Below, in pieces: positions 19,980-29,050 of a DNA stretch of 64,000 nucleotides. Made by a program: the position numbers and the translations under genes. The stretch comes from an uncultured bacterium (GTDB lineage: Bacteria; Chloroflexota; UBA5177; JANWHV01): contig CAVSOU010000010.1 in the NCBI GenBank assembly GCA_963729625.1, positions 896,001 to 960,000 of the forward strand, read 5' to 3'. The notes beneath the pieces were generated by a model, which made no database searches, had not been told where the DNA came from, and saw nothing but the letters and a program-made list of their open reading frames with translations. Position 1 is the stretch's first letter. Every line of letters begins with the position of its first letter.

Positions 19980-21179
19980 GTGTACAGAATACAGACGCTC
20001 AATAAGGTATCGAACGTTGGGATCGAGCAGTTCTCGCGCGACTCCTATGAGGTTGCCTCGGAGATCATCAATCCGGACGCCATTCTCGTGCGCAGCGCGA
20101 ACATGCTGGAAATGCAGATTCCCGAGTCCGTCAAGGCTGTTGCCCGAGCGGGCGCGGGCGTCAACAACATTCCGATCGAAGCTTGCTCAGCTCGCGGTAT
20201 CGTCGTGTTCAATACGCCGGGGGCTAACGCCAACGGTGTGAAGGAGCTGGTGTTCGCCGGCCTCCTGCTCTCCTCGCGCAAGATCCTCTCCGGCGTCCAA
20301 TGGGCCAAGAGTCTGGCTGGGCACGGAGAATCGGTGCCCAGCCTGGTCGAAAAAGGGAAGAGCCAGTTTGTCGGACCCGAGATCAAGGGCAAGAGTCTCG
20401 GCGTCGTCGGCCTCGGCGCTATCGGAGTCATGGTTGCGAACGATGCGATCGGGCTCGGGATGCAAGTAACCGGGTACGATCCGTTCATCTCCGTTGAAGC
20501 AGCTTGGGGCCTTTCTCGAAGCGTGAAGCGCGCTCGCTCGCTCGAAAGCTTGCTTGCGGATTCCGACTATATTACGCTTCACGTGCCGTTGAACGGCGAC
20601 ACGAAACGGCTGATCAATCGCGATCGCTTGGCGCTGATGAAGAAAGGCACTAGGCTTCTCAATCTCGCGCGCGGCCCACTTGTGGACAATGAGGCACTAG
20701 GCGCCGCGATATCCGCAGGCATCGTGTCCACGTACGTGACTGATTTTCCTGACGAGGAACTGCTGAAACTCGACAATGTGATCTGTTTCCCTCACCTTGG
20801 CGCATCAACTCCTGAGGCTGAAGACAATTGCGCGGTCATGGCGGTGAACCAGTTGAGGGGATTCCTCGAGTTGGGCAATATCAAGAACTCGGTTAACTTC
20901 CCAGACTGCGAGCTGGACATGATCGGCGCGACGAAGCGCGTTGTCATCGCCAATCGCAATATTCCCAACATGGTTGGTCAAATCTCAACTATTCTGGCGA
21001 GCGAGAGCATGAATATAGCCGACATGATCAATCGCCATAAAGGTGACTACGCGTATAACATCATCGACGTCGAGGGCGACATGCAGCCGAACCTGACTGA
21101 CCGGATCCGCGGCATCGACGGCGTGGTCATGGTGCGAGCAATCGACCCGACCACTGAGGAGCAATCACAGGACTCGTAG
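19980..21179 (+). CDS. serA: D-3-phosphoglycerate dehydrogenase with C-terminal ACT domain
   Basis: RAGAGVNNIP, NTPGANAN, GLGAIG, PHLGASTPEAE; follows serC. Confidence 0.9.
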   Translation: MYRIQTLNKVSNVGIEQFSRDSYEVASEIINPDAILVRSANMLEMQIPESVKAVARAGAGVNNIPIEACSARGIVVFNTPGANANGVKELVFAGLLLSSRKILSGVQWAKSLAGHGESVPSLVEKGKSQFVGPEIKGKSLGVVGLGAIGVMVANDAIGLGMQVTGYDPFISVEAAWGLSRSVKRARSLESLLADSDYITLHVPLNGDTKRLINRDRLALMKKGTRLLNLARGPLVDNEALGAAISAGIVSTYVTDFPDEELLKLDNVICFPHLGASTPEAEDNCAVMAVNQLRGFLELGNIKNSVNFPDCELDMIGATKRVVIANRNIPNMVGQISTILASESMNIADMINRHKGDYAYNIIDVEGDMQPNLTDRIRGIDGVVMVRAIDPTTEEQSQDS

Positions 21180-21356
21180 CAATGCTATCGGTATCGCCAC
21201 GACGCCTGAGCACTGCGGGACATCTGCCTCCGGCGACGGAGTGCGGTGAGGCGCTGACTGCGCCACACAGGCGCGGTGCAAGCAGGCGCGGCAAAGTACC
21301 GCCCTGCTTGCATTGAGTGCCACTGAGAGCCAGCAGGTTGCGCGGAGATCTCAGCA

Positions 21357-21659
21357 ATGGACGAGCAGCATGAGAAGACCCAGGACGATGTCCGTGCGGC
21401 GGTCGCGCGCATCCTAACCGCAGCGCACGGGAGGACGTCGTCGATCACGGAGTGCGGCCGCGAGAACATGCGTACGGTCAACCGGCTTTCACGCATCATC
21501 GCACTTCGGCATGTCGCAAACGACAAGACGTTCCGACACAACCTCGCCCGTTACCGGTCAGAAGCGCTCGAAGAAGATATCGTGATCGGCGCGCGCCGCG
21601 AGGGAAACGGAGTGTGGTCGCTCGTGGCCGAGCTCGTACCCCGCCAAGAACCATACTGA
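21357..21659 (+). CDS. Hypothetical protein
   Basis: 100 aa ORF with GGAG SD and protein-like composition, fills gap between serA and the dnaA-like gene. Confidence 0.55.
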   Translation: MDEQHEKTQDDVRAAVARILTAAHGRTSSITECGRENMRTVNRLSRIIALRHVANDKTFRHNLARYRSEALEEDIVIGARREGNGVWSLVAELVPRQEPY

Positions 21660-21817
21660 GCACGAGCCTTCGGGCAGCCATCGACTCCGTTCGCGCCCCA
21701 AGGACGCAGCGAGCGTCGCCGCGGATTCGTGCCTTTCCAGTCCCAAATGCCATACGAGCCCGGTTGTGGGCACCGGGCTCGTATCGGGGCGGTCGCCAGG
21801 AATATGGACCTGTGCCC

Positions 21818-22876
21818 TCATGCGAGAGCGTCAAGGAGATTCTCCCGCACCGCGGATATGGCCTGAATGATTGACTCATCGTTTGAAGCTGTCGCGCCCT
21901 CAATTCGCTTGCACCCATGCAAGACAGTCGAATGATCGCGCTCGAGCTCGCGGCCGATACGTGCGACCGTGAGACCGGCATCCTCCCGAAGCAGGAACAT
22001 GCCAATCTGGCGCGCCTGAGAAATCGTTGCTTCACGTTTCTTGCTCAACAGATCCTCTTTGCTTACGCCAAATTCAGCACAGACCGCACGAAGAATAGTC
22101 TCCACGTCACCGCGCACGGGCGCGTTCTGAGCTTGGCGTAACAGGTCGCAAAGAACACTCTTCACAATGGTGGCGCCGACTACCGTTCCACGCGGGGCAA
22201 GGTGCGCGCAGCGGCGGACCGCGGTCTCAAGCTCGTTCACGCCGCCTGCGGTCCGGTGAGCCAGAAGGTGCAGGGACTCTTCCGTGAACCAGGTCTGAGT
22301 ATATGAGGCAAATGTGCGCGCAAGGACGAGACGCGTACGTAGGCTGGGCTTACCAATACGCACGACCTGCCCCGAAAGCAGGAACGACCGAAGTCGCTCA
22401 GACAGGTCCTTAATCATCGCTGGGTCGCCCTCGCCGCTGAGCACAACCTGGCGCCCGCTGTCGCGCAGAGTCTCGATAGTGTACGCAAGATCTTCGAGGA
22501 CCGCTGCTCGGCCGGCCAACACCGGGAAGTCGTCCACAAGCAGCGCGTCCACTGAACGGTAGCGGTCACGCACTGCTTCGGCGCGGCGTTGCCGGATTCC
22601 GCTCGTGAGCTCCTGGCTTACTGTCTCCGCAGGGATGTACAGCACGTTGTGCATACCGGGTATCAGGGAAATCTGCTGTGCCATTGCCTTCAGTAGGTGG
22701 GTTTTTCCCATCCCGGGTGAGCTCTGAAGATAGAGTGGGTTGTACGTCGTTCCCGGCGACTTTGCGACATTCCAGGCGGCACGATACGCCAGTAGACTCT
22801 CCGGTCCAAACACGAACGAGGCAAAAGAGTAACGCGGCGGTTGCCCTGTATTTAAGTGCCTGTGTGTCGCAAGCAT
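21818..22876 (-). CDS. DnaA-like protein (domains III+IV only; degenerate AAA+)
   Basis: YNPLYL, GMGKTHLL, YRSVDALLVDD, LLSKKR...ARQIGMFL, RDHSTVLHG; AGGAGG SD before ATG 22876; no domain I/II. Confidence 0.88.
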   Translation of the reverse strand: MLATHRHLNTGQPPRYSFASFVFGPESLLAYRAAWNVAKSPGTTYNPLYLQSSPGMGKTHLLKAMAQQISLIPGMHNVLYIPAETVSQELTSGIRQRRAEAVRDRYRSVDALLVDDFPVLAGRAAVLEDLAYTIETLRDSGRQVVLSGEGDPAMIKDLSERLRSFLLSGQVVRIGKPSLRTRLVLARTFASYTQTWFTEESLHLLAHRTAGGVNELETAVRRCAHLAPRGTVVGATIVKSVLCDLLRQAQNAPVRGDVETILRAVCAEFGVSKEDLLSKKREATISQARQIGMFLLREDAGLTVARIGRELERDHSTVLHGCKRIEGATASNDESIIQAISAVRENLLDALA

Positions 22877-22909
22877 TCTTGCCCTCCTACCTAATTCAGA
22901 ACCTTGCAC

Positions 22910-22938
22910 ACTCTAGCAGACAAGGCCGGGGTCCACAA
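22910..22938 (-). promoter_or_regulatory. Putative promoter of dnaA-like gene
   Basis: TTGTGG-17 bp-TAGAGT with extended -10 TG; -35 overlaps a degenerate DnaA box. Confidence 0.45.
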
Positions 22939-23106
22939 CCGCGCTTCCCCTGCTTATCCACAGCCACGAGACACACTGTCTCCACAACCGTTCATGGGTA
23001 GTGAGCACGCCTTATCCGCCTCCCAGGGGTGTTTATCCGCGTGCTATCCACTGTTATCCACATGGATCCACAACTTATCCACGAAATTGTGGCAAAGTTA
23101 TCCCCC
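22929..23106. promoter_or_regulatory. Cluster of DnaA boxes (oriC-like or DnaA regulatory array)
   Basis: Perfect TTATCCACA at 22954 and 23054; 1-2 mismatch boxes at 22978, 23012, 23033, 23044, 23064, 23075, 23098 and inverted at 23088. Confidence 0.85.
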
Positions 23107-23258
23107 GGCTTGGGGAGCCTGCTCGGCCAGCGGACTGACGCACCCAACGGATCAATCGACAGATCCTTCGCCTCGCCGCACAGGAGACCGCTCTCCGGCA
23201 GCGACTGAGTCTGGCACGAAACGCGTCACGTTTGCGCTCTGGGTCGGTCCTCGATCGG

Positions 23259-23675
23259 CTAGAGTATGACGACTGCCGTGGCCGTTACGAGCGCCTGGCC
23301 TTCGCTATCGGCCACCTGCAGATTGCATTCAACGTGCGTCGACCCATCACGCATAGTGACTGACTTCACCACTCCGCCCACTCGCACACTCGAGCCAACC
23401 TTTGCAGGCACCCGGAACCTCGCGTCCAGAGTGCCGCCATGGATCCAGGCCGAGCCGAAGCGCCGCGTGAGGAGGCGCGACACATACGCCAGCAAGAGCA
23501 TGCCGTGCGCTATTGTGCCGCCGAAGGGCGTCGTAGCAGCAAACTCACTGTCGATGTGGATCGGATTGTGGTCCGAAGCTGCGTCGGCGTACGCGCGAAC
23601 ACACTCAGCCGTGATGTTCAATTCCAACTGATCCAGGACCTCGCCCTCGCTCGGGAAAGGTATCGGGCTAGCCAT
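23259..23675 (-). CDS. MaoC-family dehydratase (HadB-like catalytic subunit)
   Basis: Hydratase-2 motif YADAASDHNPIHID...GGTIAHGML. Confidence 0.88.
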   Translation of the reverse strand: MASPIPFPSEGEVLDQLELNITAECVRAYADAASDHNPIHIDSEFAATTPFGGTIAHGMLLLAYVSRLLTRRFGSAWIHGGTLDARFRVPAKVGSSVRVGGVVKSVTMRDGSTHVECNLQVADSEGQALVTATAVVIL

Positions 23676-24090
23676 TATCTACCTCCCGAGCATGTAATGG
23701 GACCATGAGCAGGAGCCCGCCTTCCAGTACTGGCTTGCCTTCGGAAAGCACATGCGCGTCCAGGTTGAGCGCTGCATATCCCCGACGTTCAGATCTGGAG
23801 CGCACGACCAGAGTCGCGGTCACGGTGGAGCCTATGGGTATGGGCTTGTGTGACGTAAGTTGCAGGGTGAGGTGCAGAACTCCCGGAAAATGTACCAGCA
23901 CTTCGGTCAGGCAGCGCATCGCAAGAGCGAGCGCAGCCAGAGGCGGAACGACAGCGTGCTCTCCCATGTAGCCCTCAAACGAGTCCCCTACAGCCGACAC
24001 GTACGCCGACACTGTCTCGGCATCCAGCTCGATCGTTTGAACCGGAAACGCAAAGCCGGTCTCTACCGAGGGCAGGTCTAGCACGGACAT
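23668..24090 (-). CDS. Hot-dog fold MaoC N-terminal-like protein (HadA-like partner)
   Basis: AYVSAVGD, VPPLA, GVLH; overlaps MaoC gene; lacks hydratase-2 motif. Confidence 0.7.
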   Translation of the reverse strand: MSVLDLPSVETGFAFPVQTIELDAETVSAYVSAVGDSFEGYMGEHAVVPPLAALALAMRCLTEVLVHFPGVLHLTLQLTSHKPIPIGSTVTATLVVRSRSERRGYAALNLDAHVLSEGKPVLEGGLLLMVPLHAREVDNG

Positions 24091-24106
24091 CTCCTCACAG
24101 CGCTGA

Positions 24107-25483
24107 TCACGCGGGTGCGGACGCCAGAGCACCCGTCGTCGAATTATAGAACACTACTTTCTTGCCGTATCGCTGGACCTGCAAACTGCCAAGCGTCGTA
24201 GCCTGGCTTGTCGGCAGACCCAGGCCTGGGTGTTGCTGAAAGTATGACAGAAATGGGGGTCGGACGAAGTAGCCCGTCCCAATGTAGTAACGCCATGGCT
24301 TCCCCAGCCCATCCATTCCCGCCAGATACCGGTCAGGCGCATCCTGCCGGAAGTCGTCCGAGGGGTAGAGAAGGCGCTCTAGGCTCGCGCTCACGCTCGC
24401 CGGCGAGTGCCAGGTGAAATCGTGTAGGGCGAAGTTCAGCAGATCGCGCACGTCCGTGAATCGATCCACCATGCCCAAGATCACTGCGGCGACATGCCGG
24501 TCGCCCCGCACGGCATAGAGTGCATCGCAGAAGCCGGCCGCGGTCGTGTTTCCTGGTTTCGCGCCCTTGACGCCGGGATACCACCACAGTGGCTCGTGCA
24601 CGTTCGTCATTCGGTGCAAATAGTTATGTGCTGTTGCCGGGATCGTGAACGTACGAGTGCTGACGACGGCGCGGAACGTTGAGAACCGCAGGTCCGCCAG
24701 CAATATGAGCAGTAGATCGTGCGCCGTCGAGTAGCCGCCATATCCGTCAAGCCCGTGTGGAGTCGTGAAATGCGAGCCCGTGCAGCCAAGCTTGCGGCAA
24801 CGACGGTTCATCGCGGTCACGAAGGCGCTCTCAGTGCCGCTGACCGCTTCTGCGAGCGCGATCGCCGCATCGTTTCCCGATGGGAGAAGCAAACCATACA
24901 GGAGTTCCCGCAGGCTCAACCGCTCTCCCTCACGCAGATACATGGTCGACTCGCCGATGGTTGCGGCTGCGTAGCTCGCGGTAGTCGTACTGTCAAGATG
25001 GCCATGCTCGAGCACGAGGAGGGCTGTCATAAGCTTCGTGGTGCTCGCGATGGGTAGCTGTTCCTGAGAATGCGCAGCATACAGCGTTTGGCCAGAATCC
25101 ATGTCGTAGACGATCGCTGCCTTTCCCTCCAGGGGTGGAGCGGGATACAGCGTGTCGACAGCAATGCTGCCCGGATCTCCATGAGCCGGCGCCGGGAGCA
25201 GGCTCAGCAACAGCGCGACAAGCACGCCTGTGACGGCTGCCCTTCGGCAAAGTCCGCACACGTTCACCTGCGTCCATCTCCATGCCGCGCCAGGCACTGG
25301 AAGTCTCACCCTGCTCAATGCCGAACTCATGGATGGCCCACTCCACGCGGCACTGCCTTGCCATCGAAGGACTCGTCGCCGCACATCAAGCGCAATACGT
25401 GGGATAGAGTACACGACGCGGCTTTGCCATGAGAGGAAGAGAGCATCACTCGACCGATTGCCGCGATCAGAGGCGGTCGCCAC
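24107..25483 (-). CDS. D-alanyl-D-alanine carboxypeptidase (peptidase S11) with C-terminal Chloroflexi-type repeat
   Basis: IASTTK (SxxK), SGN (SxN), PHGL, KPG in place of KTG; start uncertain. Confidence 0.85.
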   Translation of the reverse strand: MATASDRGNRSSDALFLSWQSRVVYSIPRIALDVRRRVLRWQGSAAWSGPSMSSALSRVRLPVPGAAWRWTQVNVCGLCRRAAVTGVLVALLLSLLPAPAHGDPGSIAVDTLYPAPPLEGKAAIVYDMDSGQTLYAAHSQEQLPIASTTKLMTALLVLEHGHLDSTTTASYAAATIGESTMYLREGERLSLRELLYGLLLPSGNDAAIALAEAVSGTESAFVTAMNRRCRKLGCTGSHFTTPHGLDGYGGYSTAHDLLLILLADLRFSTFRAVVSTRTFTIPATAHNYLHRMTNVHEPLWWYPGVKGAKPGNTTAAGFCDALYAVRGDRHVAAVILGMVDRFTDVRDLLNFALHDFTWHSPASVSASLERLLYPSDDFRQDAPDRYLAGMDGLGKPWRYYIGTGYFVRPPFLSYFQQHPGLGLPTSQATTLGSLQVQRYGKKVVFYNSTTGALASAPA

Positions 25484-25486
25484 GCG

Positions 25487-26542
25487 CTAGGCGGCTGGGT
25501 CCCCACCCGCGTAGCTGGGCGCGACAGCCGGGACAGGGGCATCATGATAGTCAACGAGGTACTTGCGAAGGAAACTCAAGACGGTTTCCTGATACGCCTG
25601 GGGTAGAGAATCAAGCGCGCCTGATTGACCACCTACTGGCGAGATCCAAAATGACTTGTGCTGCACATGAGCGACGTCTAGCAGTTGTCGGGCCGCTGCC
25701 TCGGACGTTGTCGAATTGGTATCGCCCTGGTCATGGATGATCAACAGCGACTGATTCGGCGACAGGTGCATCGCTCCCTCCAGTGCGCTGCGCACGTCAG
25801 GGTTGCCGCCAACTGTGGCATCCACTGCCCATCGCGCATCCGGCAGGAATTGAATATGGTGGCCAAAGAGCGTAAACGCGTGCGGAAGTGGGATGGAGAG
25901 TCCGGCCAACGGTAAACTGTTGAGCCGATCGATGGTGTCGTCTTCAGTCGCCCACGGATTGTCGGCGATGACTGCCACGACTTCGGGCGCACCGAGATAC
26001 TGGTCGCCATTACCTCCGGCCGTGGCGATCGCGACGCCAGCGCCGAATGACACACCGTACAAGGCATAGTGGTGGTTCGTCAGCTGACTGTTTGAATCGA
26101 GGTAGCTGATCGCGGCCTTCACATCCATGGGCTCGTTCAGCCCAAGACTGAATTCTCCCCCGCTGTGGCCCGAACCACGAAGGTCAATTGCCAGTATGTT
26201 CAGCCCGCCGGTAAGCAGCATCCTGGCGTAGCCGACCATCGCGCTACGGTCGGCCTTCCATCCTGGAAGTAGAATGACCGTCGGCGCGTGTGTGTTGACA
26301 ACGTACAGCCAGCCCGCGATCGGGATTGGATTGTCCTGCCCTACGATTCCGGACCCCGTTGTGTCATCACTCGTGTAGAAATGCGCATCGCTCGCCTCCA
26401 AGCCGTCGATCACGGGTGGGACCTCGACCGTGTGCTGGCTCTCTCGGAGCAACAGCATAGCGCGTGCCATTGGCGTGACAACCCACAGGCCCGCGACGAC
26501 GACGATGAGGCTTACCAGGAGCGTGGAAAAGCGTGGCATCAA
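25487..26542 (-). CDS. Membrane-anchored alpha/beta hydrolase-fold protein
   Basis: N-terminal TM, DLRGSGHSGG, GVSFG nucleophile elbow. Confidence 0.8.
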   Translation of the reverse strand: MMPRFSTLLVSLIVVVAGLWVVTPMARAMLLLRESQHTVEVPPVIDGLEASDAHFYTSDDTTGSGIVGQDNPIPIAGWLYVVNTHAPTVILLPGWKADRSAMVGYARMLLTGGLNILAIDLRGSGHSGGEFSLGLNEPMDVKAAISYLDSNSQLTNHHYALYGVSFGAGVAIATAGGNGDQYLGAPEVVAVIADNPWATEDDTIDRLNSLPLAGLSIPLPHAFTLFGHHIQFLPDARWAVDATVGGNPDVRSALEGAMHLSPNQSLLIIHDQGDTNSTTSEAAARQLLDVAHVQHKSFWISPVGGQSGALDSLPQAYQETVLSFLRKYLVDYHDAPVPAVAPSYAGGDPAA

Positions 26543-26794
26543 GCCGGCCTTGGAAGAAGTTTGGGCGGCTCGCGTGTTTCAGCTTGCATTGCTCGGATAG
26601 ACACGTCACCGTCCAGTCTCGCTGAACAATTAACAGACGAAAAAACCCGGCCGCACAGACCCGAGCGTCCGGCGAGGCTGGCCCGTGCGGCCCCAGCGCA
26701 AGACACCCAGCTACAGAGCGACCGGCCTTCTAGGCCCGATCCCACCGCGTTGTACACTCTGACTCGACAATGCGTCAAGGAGATCGAACGAAAC

Positions 26795-27355
26795 ATGCGA
26801 GTCATAGCAGGCTCAGCGCGCGGTGTTACGCTCAAGGGACCGCCCGATGCACAAACCAGGGCTACCGCAGACAAAGTCCGAGGCGCTATCTTTAACGTGC
26901 TTGCAGCGTTCGTTCCCGGGTCGCGCGTGCTCGATCTGTATGCCGGAACGGGCGCGCTCGGCGTGGAAGCCCTGAGCCGCGGGGCCGAACACTGCGATTT
27001 CGTCGAACGCCGGTACGCCCTGTGCGCGATCATTCGGGAGAATCTTGCCAAGACTCGCCTGTTGGAGCGGGCACTGGTGGTGCAGGCGGAGGCGTCTCGG
27101 GTGCTTTCCGAAATCCGGGGACCATATGACATCGTCCTGGCAGATCCGCCATATGGCGATAGCGAGAGTCTCGCGCTGGTCTCGATGCCCTCGTTGCATC
27201 ACCTGCTGGCAGCGGAAGCCGTCGTAATACTGGAGCATAGCCCCAGGGCGGAGGTAGTCGGAGACGTCGGGCCGTTGCGATTTGTGCGCACGCGACGGTA
27301 TGGTGACAGTGCTGTTAGCATATGGCAGCGCGAAGAAGTGGAGGTTACGCCCTGA
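26795..27355 (+). CDS. rsmD: 16S rRNA (guanine966-N2)-methyltransferase
   Basis: MRVIAG, LDLYAGTGALGVEALSRGA, DPPY, RRYGD. Confidence 0.93.
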   Translation: MRVIAGSARGVTLKGPPDAQTRATADKVRGAIFNVLAAFVPGSRVLDLYAGTGALGVEALSRGAEHCDFVERRYALCAIIRENLAKTRLLERALVVQAEASRVLSEIRGPYDIVLADPPYGDSESLALVSMPSLHHLLAAEAVVILEHSPRAEVVGDVGPLRFVRTRRYGDSAVSIWQREEVEVTP

Positions 27356-27876
27356 CACGCGCCTTTTTTCCCGCGAGCTTCGACCCGATGACCAATGGAC
27401 ACTTGGACATCGCCGCGCGCGCCTGTGCCGTGTTCGATGAGTTGGTAATCGGCGTTTACCGCACGCCCCCTAAGAACGTGCTGTTCACATGGGAAGAGCG
27501 AATCAGTATGGCGCGAGAATCTACCGCGCATTTGGTTAATGCGCGTGTAGAGGGATTCACCGGCCTAATGGTAAACTATGCAATGCATATCGACGCGGAT
27601 GTAATCGTGCGCGGCCTTCGACATGGACCGGATTTTGAAGGCGAGTACCAGATGGCGCTGGCCAACAGAATGCTCGCGCCGTCACTGGAGACAGTCTGCT
27701 TTATCGGTAGCCAGGAACTCGTTTTTATTAGCTCCAGCCGTATCAAGGAGATCGCGTTGCTGGGAGGCGATGTCTCAGGCCTGGTACCACCGCCGGTGGC
27801 TACGCGTTTCGCGCATCTCCGAGCGAGGACCAGTATCACCGATGACGCTGATGCCCACAAGGCGGAAGGAGGCTGA
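27352..27876 (+). CDS. coaD: Pantetheine-phosphate adenylyltransferase
   Basis: SFDPMTNGHLDI, IVRGLR, ISSSRIKE; likely CTG start at 27352 (alternative ATG 27322). Confidence 0.93.
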   Translation: MTRAFFPASFDPMTNGHLDIAARACAVFDELVIGVYRTPPKNVLFTWEERISMARESTAHLVNARVEGFTGLMVNYAMHIDADVIVRGLRHGPDFEGEYQMALANRMLAPSLETVCFIGSQELVFISSSRIKEIALLGGDVSGLVPPPVATRFAHLRARTSITDDADAHKAEGG

Positions 27877-27880
27877 TCCT

Positions 27881-28342
27881 ATCGACATTCTGCATTTGCT
27901 GGACCGGCTGGAGGAAACCATCCGTTCCGGCTGGCATATTCCTGGAATGTCTCGCTGTGCGATCGATGAGAACGAAGTGCAGGAGATCATCGAGAGCATC
28001 AGAGTGAGTATTCCGGAGCAGGTCCGCGAGGCTGATGAGGTCAAGCGCGGACGAGAGGGTATTCTTGCCGAAGGCAAAGCCGAAGCTGAACGCGTCATTG
28101 CTGATGCTCAGGCGCAGGCGATAGAGCTCGTGCACGAGCAGGTACTCTACAAGACGGCCGAACGCGAGGCGCGCCGAATCATCGAGGAAGCCAATCAACA
28201 GGCCTATGAAACCCGGATTCGTGCCGACGAGTACGTCGTCGGCACCCTCGAAGCGCTTGAGCGACAGCTCCTGACCACAGTCGGTACTGTTCGAAACGGA
28301 ATCGCCGCGCTTCGCACCGAGGTCGTGACCTCGGATCAGTGA
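27881..28342 (+). CDS. Coiled-coil protein typically found between coaD and yceD (DivIVA/ATPase subunit-like)
   Basis: DILHLLDRLEE...IPEQVREA...ADEYV...VRNG; AAGGAGG SD 8 nt before ATC. Confidence 0.75.
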   Translation: MDILHLLDRLEETIRSGWHIPGMSRCAIDENEVQEIIESIRVSIPEQVREADEVKRGREGILAEGKAEAERVIADAQAQAIELVHEQVLYKTAEREARRIIEEANQQAYETRIRADEYVVGTLEALERQLLTTVGTVRNGIAALRTEVVTSDQ

Positions 28343-28396
28343 GTCCTTGCCTGGTCGTCCGACCTTGTCCCTGGATCAACCAAGAGGCACCTTGAC

Positions 28397-28924
28397 ATGC
28401 AAATTAACGTTGCCCAACTCTTGAAATGGCCCGTCGGGACCACACGCAGCTATCCAATCGATCTCGATGAGCCACTTGTGCTGGATGACACGTCCATCGC
28501 CAACTTAACAGGCGGGAAGGTACGCCTTGATCGCATTGACGGCGGAATCCTGGCGCGCGGCGATGTCGAGTGTACGGTAGACATGGAGTGTGGCCGCTGC
28601 CTTGATGTATTTCCCGCAAGAATGCACGTGCACTTTGAGGAGGAGTTTGCACCGTCGATTGACGTCGGCACGGGCGCACCGCTTCCTGACCCCGAGGATG
28701 ATCTCGTGTTCAGGATTGACGCCGGTCACGTTCTCGATCTTGGTGAAGCCATTCGACAGAATGTCATCGCGATGTTTCCGATACAACCTATTTGCAGAAC
28801 GGAGTGTCGGGGGCTGTGCGCCGTATGCGGTGCCAACCGGAATCTGGTGCCTTGTCCTTGCCTTGCTGCAGCCGAGACAGAGGCGAATCGCCCTTTCGCA
28901 GCCTTGCAAGGTCTGCTACACTAA
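28397..28924 (+). CDS. yceD: DUF177/YceD family protein
   Basis: CGRCL, LDL, CRTECRGLCAVCG; directly upstream of rpmF. Confidence 0.88.
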   Translation: MQINVAQLLKWPVGTTRSYPIDLDEPLVLDDTSIANLTGGKVRLDRIDGGILARGDVECTVDMECGRCLDVFPARMHVHFEEEFAPSIDVGTGAPLPDPEDDLVFRIDAGHVLDLGEAIRQNVIAMFPIQPICRTECRGLCAVCGANRNLVPCPCLAAAETEANRPFAALQGLLH

Positions 28925-29050
28925 CTCTTTGGTGCCGGAAACCGTCGAGCCTGGGAAAGACGCGCCCGGTCGCCAGCAGACGAATTATGTGGGGACGACC
29001 GGTAACGGGCCCCCAGTCAGTGTGCGCGGGTATGCGCGCTAACAGGAGGA

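Noticed and set aside
18878-21179. serC-serA look somewhat less GC-rich, hinting at horizontal transfer
   Set aside because: This is an impression by eye only, with no mobility signatures; it needs computed composition and phylogeny.
21818-22876. Calling the gene canonical dnaA or hda
   Set aside because: It lacks domain I/II and key arginines needed for DnaA. It retains domain IV, and lacks the arginine finger and clamp-binding motif required for Hda.
23200-23230. CTGAGTC...GAAAC...GTC resembling a hammerhead core
   Set aside because: It lacks CUGANGA and the required three stems.
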